64,000 nt of DNA from Camelus ferus (taxonomy: Eukaryota), in the NCBI RefSeq assembly GCF_009834535.1, contig NC_045696.1, positions 104,720,001 through 104,784,000 of the forward strand, given 5' to 3'. The notes beneath the pieces were generated by a model that saw nothing but the letters and a program-made list of their open reading frames with translations, ran no database searches and was not told the DNA's origin. Positions 26,079 through 38,961 of this stretch are shown piece by piece (the first letter of the stretch is position 1; each line of letters starts with the position of its first letter). The translations under genes and the position numbers were made by a program.

Positions 26079-27586
26079 ACATGGGTCTGTTCCCTGCATC
26101 ATCTTTCAGATTCCCTGCAATCCATGGAGGCCTATGTGACTATCCCTTGCCCTCAGGGAGTTTGTAGTCCTTGGAACACAGGCCCTTGGGAGTGCCACTC
26201 GGCTGTGCATGAATCTGTCCACTCCTGGGGCTCGGGGCAAGGGATGTTGACATGAACAAGCCAAAGCTCCTGACTTCAATGTGTGGCTAGTTCAAGTAGA
26301 GCAGGGTATGGGAATGCCTTCAAGGCAGCATACAGGGAGCATGAGAGAGAACGGTTCTGGGTCTGTTATGCTTAGCAGTGTCCACTGAGGCCTTTGTGTG
26401 CCTGACACTCTGCTCTGCTCTGATGATGCGAAGTAATTCAGCTCGCAAGCAGCTCACCCAGTCCTGGGACTCTGGTCCAGCCTCACAGCATCTACATCTT
26501 CAGCAGTGCCATTTACCTTCAACCCAGCTCTAACATGCCTCCCATCAAGAGATTGCCAGGTCCTTTAAGGCAGGAACTGAATCATGCCCATGCCTACATT
26601 CCACCCCATGACTCACAGAGAGGTGAGAATTTAATTTACCAATTTAATTTACTAATTCTCAAGGCCCTCTTCTCGAAAATGTAAGCAAATTCCTAAGCAA
26701 ATTTCCACCTGTTTTCCTTCCACTGACCTTCACAAAAGCATGGGCATTGAATCTTCAATACACTGAAGGTCTGTTCTCCACAATTATAAAACAGTGACAT
26801 TAAATCCTCATAAAATAAACACAAGTGAAGTGGATGAAAGGTTTAATCCTTTGCCAAAGGTGTGGGTTAATCCATGTGCATGTAGGTGTGTGTGTGTGGT
26901 GTGTGATATGTTGGCAAAAGCAGCCATTTTTGGCCTTTGAGTAATTTTTTTCCTTTGACCTCCACTGGCTGGCTGAGCCAGTCGAGGAGAACGGAGTCAC
27001 AGTAAGGCTTCTGTACTCTGCCCATGCCGAGAGCTCAGCTGCTCCTGTGGCTGCCAGGATCTGTGTGCCCTTAATACAAATAATCATTAGTAGCACAAAA
27101 ATCTTAGTCCCACTTTAGCTGATCTGCCTTCCCCAAAGGCACCAATACACCATGAAATATGTACCTGGCCAGCTCATGGAGACACAATCATTGGCTGGTC
27201 CAGGATGGGCAACTTCATTACGGTAAGAAGTCAAAATTAAACAGGACCATCAGCTAAGCCCCAGATACAAGGTGAAGACATTTCCACGCTACATAGTGTG
27301 TTGACACTATTCAACAACTCTCCCTTTTTTTGCCCGAAGTCTCAGTACATTTTATAGACATTTTCGAGACCACTTCAAGGGCCACAAATGAAATTCTAAA
27401 GCTTCTCAGGATCAGCAGGGTGTGAAAGCTGGAAAATACCTCAGCAATAATCCAGTCTCACTGCCTATCTTCTTGATTTACACATGAGAAAACTGAGGCT
27501 TAAAGACAGAAAGTCATTTTTCTAAAGTTACATTCTGAACTAGATGCAAAATAGAAACTAAAACTGAAGACTTCAGCCTCCCAGAC

Positions 27587-27805
27587 CAGAGTTTCTCATT
27601 CTCGACACTACTGATGTTTGGGGTCAGGTAATTGTTCGATGTGGGGAGCTGTCATGTGTACCATAGGATGTTTAGCAGTATCCATGGTCTCTACCCACTA
27701 GATGCCATAGAAACCCCCCACCCTACTAAGGAAAATCAAAAAAAGTCTCCGAACATTGTTGACTGTCTTCTAGGGGGCAAAAATCACCCCTTTTAAGAAC
27801 CAGTG
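27587..27805. mobile_element. MER20 hAT-Charlie MITE
   Basis: cagagtttctc...ataggatgtttagcagtatccatggtctctacccactagatgcca...tagggggcaaaaatcacccc...aagaaccagtg. Confidence 0.8.
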
Positions 27806-27829
27806 ACCTGAATGAATAATGCCAGTCTA

Positions 27830-28025
27830 TGTGAATTCTGGCTCTAAGAAGTACCTGGTTGTGTGATCTCAGCAAGTCCCTTAACCTTTCTGAGCCTGAG
27901 TCTCCTTATCTTTAAAGTAAAAATAGTGCCAGCTTTATAAGCTCACGTGATTGGTGAATATAAATGAAGTTACGTATGGAAGTCCATCGTAAAGTACCAG
28001 GCACACAGTAGGCGGGCAGTGGCTA
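27830..28025 (+). mobile_element. MIR SINE
   Basis: gttgtgtgatctcagcaagtcccttaacctttctgagcctgagtctccttatctttaaagt...aggcacacagtagg. Confidence 0.75.
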
Positions 28026-29555
28026 TTATTTTTAAATCATTTTTCTGAGATGTGATAGTTTGATGCCAGTCTATTTCCAGCAAACTCTTTCTCCTCGCTG
28101 CAATTTGCTGGAAATGCCACTGAACAATCATTTCATAGTGGGGACGGCTACCTTGGCAGCAGTGAGCTGAGCCGGTGGCCTTCTCACATTTGGAGGAAAG
28201 AGGAGGGGTGCCTGAAAGTCAGACAGGGCTGTCCTGGTTGTGCAGGAAGACAAACTATGTGCTGTTTGTTTGTTTTTGTCATGTCTTTAAGCCTCCTTAT
28301 CTCCAGCTGCAGGATTCGGCAAAATAAAATTCAATTAGTTATTTATCATCCTTTTCCTAGCTGAGTAAGTCAACTCCTTTTATTGCTGAAACTCATAAAA
28401 AATGTGGAATTGCAAAGACCTCTGAAGATTTCAAGGTTTTGAGACGGAAAGGCCTTAGCATAAGAGGGGAGAAGTAATTTTTTTCATAACAAAATAACCA
28501 TGCTGCTGTTGTGATCACAGATAATGTTCAGATATGAACATAAACAGAAAGTTCAGTGCTGGGGTTTACAAACTTTGGCTTCACCACGAAATCTGCATGT
28601 GCAGAAACAATACCGTACAATACTTGAGAGTGGGACAGCTTTTGCTGTTCAGGCTGCCTCTCCCTGCTTCCATCCCATCACAGGTGTTTATGCTGGTTGG
28701 GATTTCAGGGGACTTGAAGACACATAAGCGTCTTCAGAGTCAGGACTGATCATCTCATATCCACCCTGATAACCACAGGGTCAAAGGAATGTGTGCTGGT
28801 GACTTCTTGGGTTCACCCCTGTCTCCTTTCTACCCTGGAGAATGGCAGTGGTTCCCATTCCACTCCAGCCCCTGCTTTGACCAAGCAAGTGTGTGCTGAG
28901 ATAGCTGCCCTTGACCTTCACTCCCATCTCCAGGATCTGTCCATCCACACAATGACATCTCATGCCCCAACCCTACATCCAGATGTCAGCCCCCCAATTT
29001 CCTTGGCTTTTGTTAGTGTGACTCTGATTTTTTTTTCCCCAAACCATCATGAGGTTTGGGAGAGCTCTGCTGTCTCTGATCATGGCCAGCTTCCAGGTCA
29101 GGGTTCCAGGTCAGGGGACTCTGATGTAGCTAGGAGGCACCTGTTCTCTTTCATCTGTCATGGGAGCCAGTGGCGCTGCCCTGAGGTATTCCTCTTAGAT
29201 GATGTGAAAGATGACTTTGGATTCCTTAGGAAGTCCACTAGGACTAACCATCAGAAAGACAGCCCAACTAAGGAGATTCGCAAAGAGTCACATCTATTCC
29301 TGAAAATCTATTCTCCATCATGATACCCACCATAGAAGGGTGTGTTTTGTTTGTTCATGTAAGCTCCGCACTGAGAAGTCCTTATCTGTCTCATTCACCA
29401 CTGTAATTCACACATAATAGACACTCAAAAATTTTTTTGTAAATGAATAAACGAACAAATGTGGGATAGGGCAAACATCCTCTTAGGCAGTGTGCAGACC
29501 TCCAAGTGTACTAAACCCACAGTCCTTCATCCCTCATTGCCTGGGTAGCTTAAAC

Positions 29556-29760
29556 CAGAGGTCATAAGCTGGTGGCCTGGGGTAAAATTCAGCCACCAGT
29601 GTTGTTACATCCATAGATTGTCCACACACGTGCTTTATAGATGAAACGGAATTATTCACGTTTAAAAAAAAAATTGGAAATTTCACACAAAGTTCTGGAT
29701 TTCTGGCTCCTTTTGGAAAATGGCAAGACCTAAGTAGACTTGGGGTTACATTTATAAATG
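29556..29760 (+). mobile_element. MER102-like hAT MITE, 5' half
   Basis: cagaggtcataagctggtggcc...ggaaatttcacacaaagttctggatttctggctccttttggaaaatggcaagacc. Confidence 0.55.
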
Positions 29761-29771
29761 AAAAAAATTAG

Positions 29772-32700
29772 ACTTTTACCTATTCTTCCCACTAAACACA
29801 ACTATAAACCCTGGAGAAGATGTAAGACAAACATAGGAAGACTCTGATAGTTGGACAGAAGAAGGCAAGCCAGTTAGGGAGCTCAGGACCTGAGAAACGG
29901 CACAGTGGTTAAGTTCCCTGGGTTTTCTTTCTGTCTCATATGTTTCTAAACTCAGAGCCAAAGAATGCTGCAACTCAGAAATGCCAACAGACACAGCAAA
30001 GAAACAGCAAAACCCCAAACAAAAGGACCAGAAAAAGAGCTGCCTAGCAAAACAGATACCTTTCAGATAATTGCTACGCTACTCAGATAAACATTACCTA
30101 AAAAGCTGTGACCTCACACAGCGCCACAGAAGCCTGAGTAGGGATCCTAGACCTCCATTCTCATGAGGCTGTAATGAGGTATCCCAACATCCTGGCTGAA
30201 GTGCTATCACAGAAGATCAAGTAGGAGTAGAGATTTCATCCCCAACAGCCAGTAACGAGGACCATCCTACCATGTCAGTGAAGACTATGTGGGGAGCCTG
30301 GGCGGCCACCTCCAGGCGGCAGTAATGAGGAGCCCTCCCCATCCCCACTGGGGCGGTGTCAGGAGAGGCTTAGGAGAAAGTCAGGACTTTCACCACTGCC
30401 CAGCTATAATAAGGCCATCTGCACTGCAGTATCACTGGAGACCACGTGGGAAACTGGAATCCTCACTCCAATCCAGCAGTAATGAGAAAGCCCCCCTCAG
30501 GTATCAATGAATGCCAAGTAGAGAACCTCGGCCTCCAGCTGGCAGTAAGGAAGTGGTGCCCCGCCTTTCCTTGCTGGAACAGTGTTAGAAAGGACCAATT
30601 AAAACAGATGGTTTAAATAAGATCTAGAGTCTCAGAGACTAATATAAAATTTGTCAGGTTTCAATAGAAAAATCACTCATTATACCAAAAACTAAGATCT
30701 CAAACTAAATGAAAAACAGAGCATCTCAGTAGATGGCACTGCTATTATAAAAGGGATAAGAGAATTACCTGACAAAGATTTTAAAGCAGTCATGATAAAA
30801 ACACTTGAATGGTCAACTATGAACATGTATGAATCAAAATAAAATAGAGAGCCTAGGCAAGGAATTAGGAAACTTCAGTAAAGAAACAGAAGTTATAAAG
30901 AACCAAATGGAAATTTCAGAAGGGAAAAACACAATGACTTAAACTAAAAGCTTAGTGAATGAACTTGTCAGCACAATGGAGGAAACAATCAGTGCACTAG
31001 AAGAGAGAAAAACTGAAATACCCAATCTGAGCAACAGAGGGAAAATTAACTAAAAAGAGAGAGAGAGCAAGAGAGAGAGTGCCAAGGAGCTTCAGAGACC
31101 TGTGGGACTATAACAAAAGATCTAACATTCATGTCATTGGAGTCCTAGACAAGAAGAAAAAGAGAGCAGTGCTGAAATAATATTCAAAAAGCAATTTCAT
31201 TCTAAGTGAGGTAGGCCAGACAGAGAAAGAAAAATACCATATGATATTGCTTATATGTGGAATCTAAACAAAAAAAGGACACAAATGAACTTATCTACAA
31301 AACGGAAACAGCCTCACAGACATAGAGAACAAACTTATGGTTACTTACCAGGGGTTTAAGGGGGTTGGAAGGGATAAATTTGGAATTCAAAAATTGCACC
31401 TCTTGGGGAGTGATGGAAATGTTAGCTATCTTGATTGTCATGGTGGTTTCATGGGTGTATACATCTATCAAAATTCATCAAATTGTACATCTGAAATATG
31501 TGTAGTTTACTGCACAGGAATCATACCACAATAAAGATGTTTTTAAAAATGGCTGAAAACTCCCCCTTTTGACAAGAGACACAAATCTATAGATTTAAGA
31601 AGTTGAGTGAATGTCAAACAGGATAAACTCAAAGAAGTTCAAGCCAAGGTGACATAATTAAACTGAAAATATGAGACAGAAAAAAAATACTGAAAACAAC
31701 CAGTAAAACACTTTACCTACAGGGGGAAAGCAGTTAGAATTATGGCATTTTTAACCAGAAACCAAGGCAGTCAAAAGAAAGAAGCATAATATTTTTCAAG
31801 TGCTTAAAGAAAATAATTTTCAACCGATAACTCTATACCCAGGAAAAATATGCTTCATGAATGAAGGGAAAATCAAGGCATTGAAAGATGAAGGAAAACT
31901 GAGAAAATTGGTCTTAGAAGACCTATTCTGAAAGAATAGCTAAAGGAAGTTTTTGAAACAGAAAAGAAACTGTAAAAGAAGAAAATTTGGAACATGAGGG
32001 AAATAGAAAGAACATGATAAACAAAAATACAGGTAAATATGGGTCCTTTCTTCCCCTCCTGATTTTGCTAAATTACATTTGACAATTGAAGTAAAAATCA
32101 TAATGCTGTCTGATGTCTAGATGCATGTAGAAAAAATGTTTCAGACAATTGTAAACAGGGGAGCATAAAGGGACATAAATGGAGATAAGGAAGGTTTCAA
32201 CATGTTATTTGAGCTGACAAAATAATGACACCAGTAGACTGGTAAGTTATGTGTATATAACATCCAGAGCAACCACTGAAAATTTATACAAAAAGATACA
32301 CTCAAAAACACTATTGATAAATCAAAATGAATTCTGAAACATATTCAAGTAACTAACTGGAAGGCAGGACAAAGACAACAGAAATACAAAAAAAAAAAAT
32401 GAGGGAACACAGAAAACAAATAAAATGGCAGACTTAAACCCTAATAATATCAATAATTACATTAAATGTAAATGGTTTGAATATACCAATTAAAAGACAG
32501 GTTGGCAGAGTAAATTAAAAACAAGACCCAACATGTCTATGAGAAACTTACTTCAAATATAATGAAAAAATGAAGACTGAAAGTAAAATCACAGAAAAAG
32601 CTATAGCATGCAAACACTAATCAAAAGGAAGCAGAGTGGCTATATTAATATCAGATAAAGTAAACTTAAGAGCAACAAAAATTACTGGAGGCAGAGAGTG

Positions 32701-33625
32701 ACACTATATAATGATTAAACGGTCAAACCACCAAGAAGACATAGCAATTATAAATGTATATGCACTAGACAACAGAGCTGCAAGATAATGTGAAGCAAAA
32801 ACTGATAAATCTGAAAGAAAAAAATAGAGAAGTTAATAATTATAGTTGAAGTTTTCAACAGCCCTATCTCCACAATTGAAAGAACTGGACAGAAAATCAG
32901 ATAGGATATAGAAAAAAATCAACAACACTGTCAAACAACAGAATCCAATTGACATTTTTAGAACACTTCACTCAACAATAGCAGAATGTATGTTCCTTTC
33001 AGTTGCCCAGAGAACATATACAGAGATAGATCCTGAGCCACAAAAAAGCCTCAAAAAATGGAAAAGAATTGAAATCATGCAAAATTTGCTTTCCAACCAC
33101 AAAGGAACCAAAATAGAAACTAACAATGGAAAGATAACAGAAAAATCTCCAATCATTTGGAAACTTAGCAACGTACTTCTAAACAATTCATGGCTCAAAG
33201 AGGAGGTATCAATGGAAGTATTAGTTATACATTGAACTAATATACTAAACTAAATACTATGCATCAAAATTTGTAGGGCATAGGTAAAGCCGTGCTGAGA
33301 GGAAAATAGATAACATTTAATGCATTCATTAGAAAGGGGAAGACACCTCAAATCAATCATCTCTGCTCTTACTTCAAAAGCCGAGCTAAAGAATAGAAAA
33401 ACAAACCTAAACAAGTCGGTGAAGGAAATAATAAAGACAGAAACAAAAATCAATAAAATTAAAAAAATAGAAAAACAACAGAGAAAAATCAGTGAAATAA
33501 GGAGTCGGTTCTTCAAAAAGGTCAATAAAATTGGCAAAACTCTAGCAAGTCTGACAGGGAAAACAGAGTAAAGACATAAATTTTCAGCATCAAGAAGGAA
33601 ATAGTATCATTACAGGTCCTTGCAG
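29772..33625 (+). mobile_element. Old L1 5' half: 5' UTR, decayed ORF1 and ORF2 endonuclease domain; 3'-truncated
   Basis: EN motifs IITLNVNGLNIPIKR (about 32453), INVYALDN (about 32749) and LSNHKGTKIE..IWKLSNVLLNNSWLKEE (ORF 32990-33235), plus SRFFKKVNKIGKTLA (ORF 33320-33571). ORF1-like ttcagagacctgtgggactataacaaaagatctaacattc. Many stops and frameshifts. Confidence 0.92.
31196..31545 (+). mobile_element. L1 3'-end insertion nested within ORF1 of the older L1
   Basis: cattctaagtgaggtaggccagacagagaaagaaaaataccatatg... resembles 53547-53720. It ends caataaagatgttttt, and host ORF1 resumes at atggctgaaaac. Confidence 0.8.
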
Positions 33626-33744
33626 ATAAGAGTCGGTTTTAGCCTCTACACTGTGCAACGCAGGCAGCATGAGATTTCTCTGAACACCAGCATCCCCCAT
33701 CCCTACCCTCACACTGCTTAGCAGTAGGTTGTAAGCCACTTGGT

Positions 33745-34150
33745 CCTTTCAACTCAAATCAGCACATATTTACTGAGAACCTCTAAGCTAGATTGTGCGC
33801 CAGGACATAAGGATGAACAAGCCCACTCTGGCACAAGGATCAGACAATAAAAGAGATTGCATTGAAAGTGCAGCAGAATCTGGGCTAAGCCCAGGAGCAA
33901 ATATGTCCAAAGCAATAAGAGAAGATAATAGGTCAATTTAAACATGTGATGTAATATCATTCTGTCATTCATTCTTTCCACAGAATTTAACTCAATACCT
34001 ACTCAGTGTTAGGTGCCAGGGACACAGAATGGATTCAGACACAATCAATCAAGACCAGTAAAAAGGCAGGCTCATGAACAGACAATCACAGCCCATTGTG
34101 GCAAGTGCCGTGGCACAGGAGATAATGGCATGAGTTGGGGGCCATGAAGA
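33745..34150 (-). mobile_element. L2 3'-end fragments
   Basis: ttcaactcaaatcagcacatatttactgagaacctct and cattcattctttccacagaatttaactcaatacctactcagtgttaggtgccagggacacag. Confidence 0.5.
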
Positions 34151-34339
34151 TGCCACTCAGAAGATAAGAGTCTATTTCACATGATGTAGGAGTCCTGGCA
34201 GGGGCTGGAGGGTGGAGGTATAAACCCAATATGGGGCATGTGGAATAATATGGCCCCTCTCACCATTCCCTTGCTATCTTGCTATCTGGCTATCTGGCTG
34301 CACACACTGAACTGCATTTGGCTCAGGACCTTAATTTTT

Positions 34340-34446
34340 TTTTAAACATTTTTTTTTATTGAGTTATAGTCATTTTACATTTTTGTGTCAAATTCCAGTG
34401 TAGAGCACAATTTTTCAGTTATACATGAACATACATATATTCATTG
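34340..34446 (-). mobile_element. About 107-bp young L1 3' terminus with perfect 17-bp TSD
   Basis: TSD tcaggaccttaattttt at 34323-34339 and 34447-34463. The body is the reverse complement of the L1 tail at about 53845-53935. Confidence 0.9.
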
Positions 34447-36322
34447 TCAGGACCTTAATTTTTAAATTAAGTTCAGACATTTAGAGTCATGTCTGATGGA
34501 GTGGATGTGGGCATCTCATGGGGTGAGCGGGGAGGCCCAGCAGAAACCAGACAGCAGGCAGGAATACGTGAGCTTGTGAGAGGAAAGAAAAACATTACAA
34601 ATGAGAAAGAACTCAGATGGCAGAGGGCAGAATCAGCAGCAGGGGCTTGAATGGAAGGTTAGGTACCACAGCATGGCTCTGGCCTGCTTGTGAACCCATC
34701 CCACATACCTAAACCTTGGGAGCACCCATCCATTTCCAGGAAGGGAGGAGTTTGTGGTAAATCGGAAAAAAACTGTAAACACTAGGACTCCAAGCAATGT
34801 TTCTGTGGAAATCCCAGAGCAAGAGTGGGCCAGAAGAGGAGAAAGACCATTTCCTCCTGGGCTAGGAGAGAGGTGATGAAGGGAGATGAGGAAGCCTGGA
34901 TCAGTGCCCTACCCTATGGGCTGTCAGCATCATGGTGGACCTGAGGACAGCATTGGAGTAACAAGCATCCATGGGTGGGCAGTGATGGAGCGCCCACTGG
35001 TAGAGACTGAGATGGACTATACCCCATCTGGTACGGCCAGCCCACCACATGTGACGCTGGGACCAGCACCTGGCAGCCCAGAGCAGGAGCTACAGGCAAT
35101 GGGGAACAGAGCCAAAAGGGATGGCCCAAGGATCACCAAGGTGGAGGGACAGCAGAGGGACAGGCTGCAGTGAGTGTTATATCTGCCATTTTACCTCTTT
35201 AGGACTCAAAGAGAGACACAAAAAAGGAAAGGGCCAAGGGGTGCTCCTGGGCGTTGGATTTGGGTTTTCACCTTGTAACCCCACAGCAAAATGGGCCAGG
35301 AAGGGGCTTTGTGGATATGCCAAACTTTCCAAATTATTTTTTTCTCTGACCTTGAAAATTTGAAATTTTGAAAGAATGTGCAGAAAGAATTCCTGCCACA
35401 CTTTTCTACTAAACAAACAAACAAACAAACAAAAACTAAGTACCATATTTTAATGAAGTCCACAGTCACCCCAGCCGACCATTGCCAGAGTTATCATTTG
35501 CCATGGCACTCAGCTGGAACTTAGACAAATAATAATAATTTTTAAAGTTTGTAGATCATATTGAACTTGGCTTAATAGGCCCTCTCTCCAAACCTCTGAA
35601 AGGATGGCTCATAAAAAACTAATTAGTTTATACAGACTGTCAAGGTTCATGGGGGGACAGCTGGCCTTTGATGCCTCATCTGTGATTACAGGCAGCTACA
35701 AGATAATAAAATGGAGCTCTGAACTCACGCCAAGGTATTCAGTGATCTCACGCTGGACACTGTGCCAACTAGAAGAACTAAACTATAAATGACTGTTTGT
35801 ACTCCTGTTCTTTGGTTTGGAATCTCAAAACAAGCTAGACATTGAGGACTTGCATTCATAGGCCCCAAATTCCTATTAAAGTAAAACTGCTGACCTTACA
35901 AATTCGTGTTCATAATTAATATTTGTGATGGGGCCCGATTGCAGGCCTATTCAATATGGCTACTGTCATAAGCCTCAGACACAGCTTCTAGAGAGGGGAT
36001 CTGAATCAATATTAACTTTTCTAAGCTTGGCTATTATACAGTCCAATTACTGACAGTTGGAGCTGGTTTTCGGTTATCACTGATTTACCGTGATGATCAC
36101 TGGTTATGACTTTTTAAGAGGATTTCTTCAGGGTTTTCAACTTCCCAGTTCATTCATCTCTATGCTGTCCCCTTATGTGAACCTCCCTGGGCTCTGTTCG
36201 CTCCCATTGATCTCCATAGAGAAAAACCACATTGACAGGTGGGTTTTAGTTGGCTTCTTTGGTTACCAGGGACAGAGATATACTATGTCATCTCAGGACA
36301 GAGAGTAGAGACACAAGTGCAG

Positions 36323-36352
36323 CAGGACACCAGGACACCAGGACACCAGGAC
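36323..36352 (+). repeat. 8-bp tandem repeat (caggacac) x3.7, within a decayed MLT1-like LTR (about 36150-36710)
   Basis: caggacac caggacac caggacac caggac. Confidence 0.8.
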
Positions 36353-36989
36353 TGCTTGAGAACTGAGCCCACAGTTCACATCAGGGGCCAGTTAGACCCT
36401 ATCCCCTCTGGGCCCATCTGTCTCTTTCTGGGACCAGCTGCCTCCTCTCAATCAGCTGACCAAGCATTCATACTGTGATCTGCTTGTGTCATAGAAGCTT
36501 TATCTGCAACTTCCATCCTCTGACATGGCCCCTCAGTACTCAAACTGGAAGCCAGCCGGCCTACATGTTTTTTTTCTAACCAAGTAGCAAGTCACAAGCT
36601 GTAACTAGCTGGCTTATTGGCCACCTGGAGTCAGGTGCCCACCCCTCGTCCAACCATAGTCAAGCAAGGAGGCTGGGTCACATGGCCTGGAATTTGGCCA
36701 CCAGGGACAGTGATATGAAAGTACCATAAACATGTTAGCATCAAACTTGTCAATAAAGTCGTAGATTGGGAGTCTTCTATGCCCTGGGATGTCTTTGAGC
36801 TTAGAGCTTAATGGGTGCCTGTGCCTTCTGAATCATTTCTTCAGCCTTCAGAAACAAAGGCTTTGTTTTTGTTTTTTTGTGTGTGTTTCCTGATTTATTA
36901 TATAAAGAGCCCCTGACTTTGGAGTTAGGTTTGGCCCATTGTCTTTGGGTGAAGCTGGACAGAGTTGGGGACACCAATGTGGAGATAAA

Positions 36990-37945
36990 TGAAGCTAAGA
37001 GTATCCCAGGGACTGAGGCCAGGACTTTGACCTCGGGGGCACTGTGCCCACTCCAGCTGAGTCATGGGATGGAGCAGAACTGAATGACGGCAAAAAAGAA
37101 CAGTGGTTAACGGAGCAGCAGAGTACAGTTGACTGGGGAGCCCTCCTACAAAACAAAATCACCCTCAAAATGGGGGAACTTGGCAGTATTTTTCTGGCAG
37201 GAATATCAGGATTGCTACAGGCAAGTCCAGTGACTGCTGTGTGCCTCCCATTTCCCCCCTTTTTGAATGAGAATTTATTGAGGTTTCTGTCTCCCTGGAG
37301 GGTGTGTGGGTGAAGAAAACTTATCTTTCTGGTTTACAGGTCTCTGGATCATGAGGAGCTGCATCCAGGCCTGATGAAGATCACAAAATCTTGGTCTTCG
37401 ATGCCATGACTGGATACCACTTTTGGGAGTCCTAGGATGAGGTGAGTATTTTGCATGAGGAAGGGATGTGAATAATTGTGGCCCAAGAGCAGTGACAGAA
37501 TGACAGCATCTGATGACCCTGACTTGTCACCTCTCTGTGCCCTTTGGTATTCTGCTCCTACTCTGGGCTTGGCCGTGTGACTTGTTTAGCCAGTAGGATA
37601 GTAACAAACTCATCCCAAGTGACTGCTTGCAAAAATCTTTGTATATTTCTGAGCTTAAAAGTTTCTCTGCATTCAGCATTGGAATGTATATGCTCTGGCT
37701 AGCTTGCTGACGTGCCTGAGCTAGTACATGGGGGAGAATGGTGCCATCCCAGCCAAGGCCACTCTAGACCAGTCAGCCGACAGCCTACCTGCCAGCTGCC
37801 TGTGGACACCTGAATGAGATCAGCTAAGACTGATCCAGATTAGCAGGACTACCCAATAGGTAGACTCATGAGAAAGAATTAATGGCTCTTGTTTGATGCT
37901 CCTAAGTTTCATAGCATTTGTTGCACAGCAGTACTTAACTGAGAC
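36990..37945 (+). mobile_element. Decayed LTR remnants (ERVL/MaLR, MLT1-like)
   Basis: ctctgggcttggccgtgtgacttgtttagccagtagga...cccagccaaggccactctagaccag...ttgtttgatgctcctaagtttcatagcatttgttgcacagca. Confidence 0.55.
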
Positions 37946-38009
37946 ATCAATGTCACCATTTGGAATTACAATTTCATCATTAATTCTGTGTTTTGAGCAA
38001 ATTATACAA

Positions 38010-38152
38010 TCCGGTTTAACTTCAGTCTTTCCTTCTGTAAAATAGGGATGATGAGAATGTCTTTTTCAGCAGGTTATTGTAAAAATTAAATGATGTAGTG
38101 TGTGTAAAATACCCACTACAGTGCCTAGTATGTAGCATGTGCTCAATAAATG
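38010..38152 (+). mobile_element. MIR SINE 3' half
   Basis: cttcagtctttccttctgtaaaatagggatgatg...ggttattgtaaaaattaaatga...tgctcaataaatgtta. Confidence 0.75.
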
Positions 38153-38154
38153 TT

Positions 38155-38592
38155 AATTTCATACAATAAACTGCACCTTTTGAAAAAGTGCAATTCAGTG
38201 ACTTTTGACATATGAATATACTTATGGAATCAACACCATGATCATGATATAAAGTATATCCATCACCTCCAAAAGATTTCTCCTTCCCTTCTGCTGTCAG
38301 TCCCTGTCCCTTGTGTAGCTTTGGGCAACCACTGATCTGCTTTCTGTTGCTCCACATTAGTTTGCATTTTCTAGAATTTTGTTGCAATGTTTTGTCTGTC
38401 TTCCTGCACTCAGCATTTGGAGATTCATCCACACTGTTGCATGTATCAGTAGTTCCTTCCTTTTTATTGCTGAGTGGCATTTTGCCATAGGGGTATATCA
38501 CATTTTTAATTCATTGACTTGTTGATGGACTTTTTTTTTTTTCCAGTTCTTGGTTGTCATGAATAAAGCTCTGTGAATATTTATGTACACAC
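38155..38592 (-). mobile_element. Old L1 (L1MB/ME-like) 3' end
   Basis: ggcaaccactgatctgctttctgt...gagattcatccacactgttgcatgtatcagtagttccttcctttttattgctgagtggcatt. Confidence 0.8.
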
Positions 38593-38961
38593 TTAAAAAA
38601 TGTTCATTTTAAGTATTGTGTGCAAGTTGTTACCTATACAAGGATATATGATCAAGGGGACAATCAAGGGCTGAAATCCACCCTTTCTCCACTTGCCAAG
38701 CCACGTGCTCTGGTGCAGGACAGTGTCTGTCTGAAAGACGGGGCAGCTGTTTCTAACGGGCACAGTTACCATACGGACTGGCAGCAGCCCTTCTACTATT
38801 ATTCATTTTATTGTTCACTTTTCATTTTCATTTACTATAGTATTGTCTTTAATTCAAAATCCCAGGAGACTTGAAACTCCTACTTTCAAGGATTTCTCTC
38901 AAACTCTCTCCAAGGGCCAGCCCTCAAATTTTCCAACCTGGGACTCCACATGCCCACTGTT

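Noticed and set aside
28793..29323. Longest ORF (176 aa, +)
   Set aside because: Non-ATG start, no recognisable homology, no clear exon structure, and antisense to the host gene.
32430..33600. Active L1 ORF2
   Set aside because: Multiple stops and frameshifts, and no contiguous RT domain.
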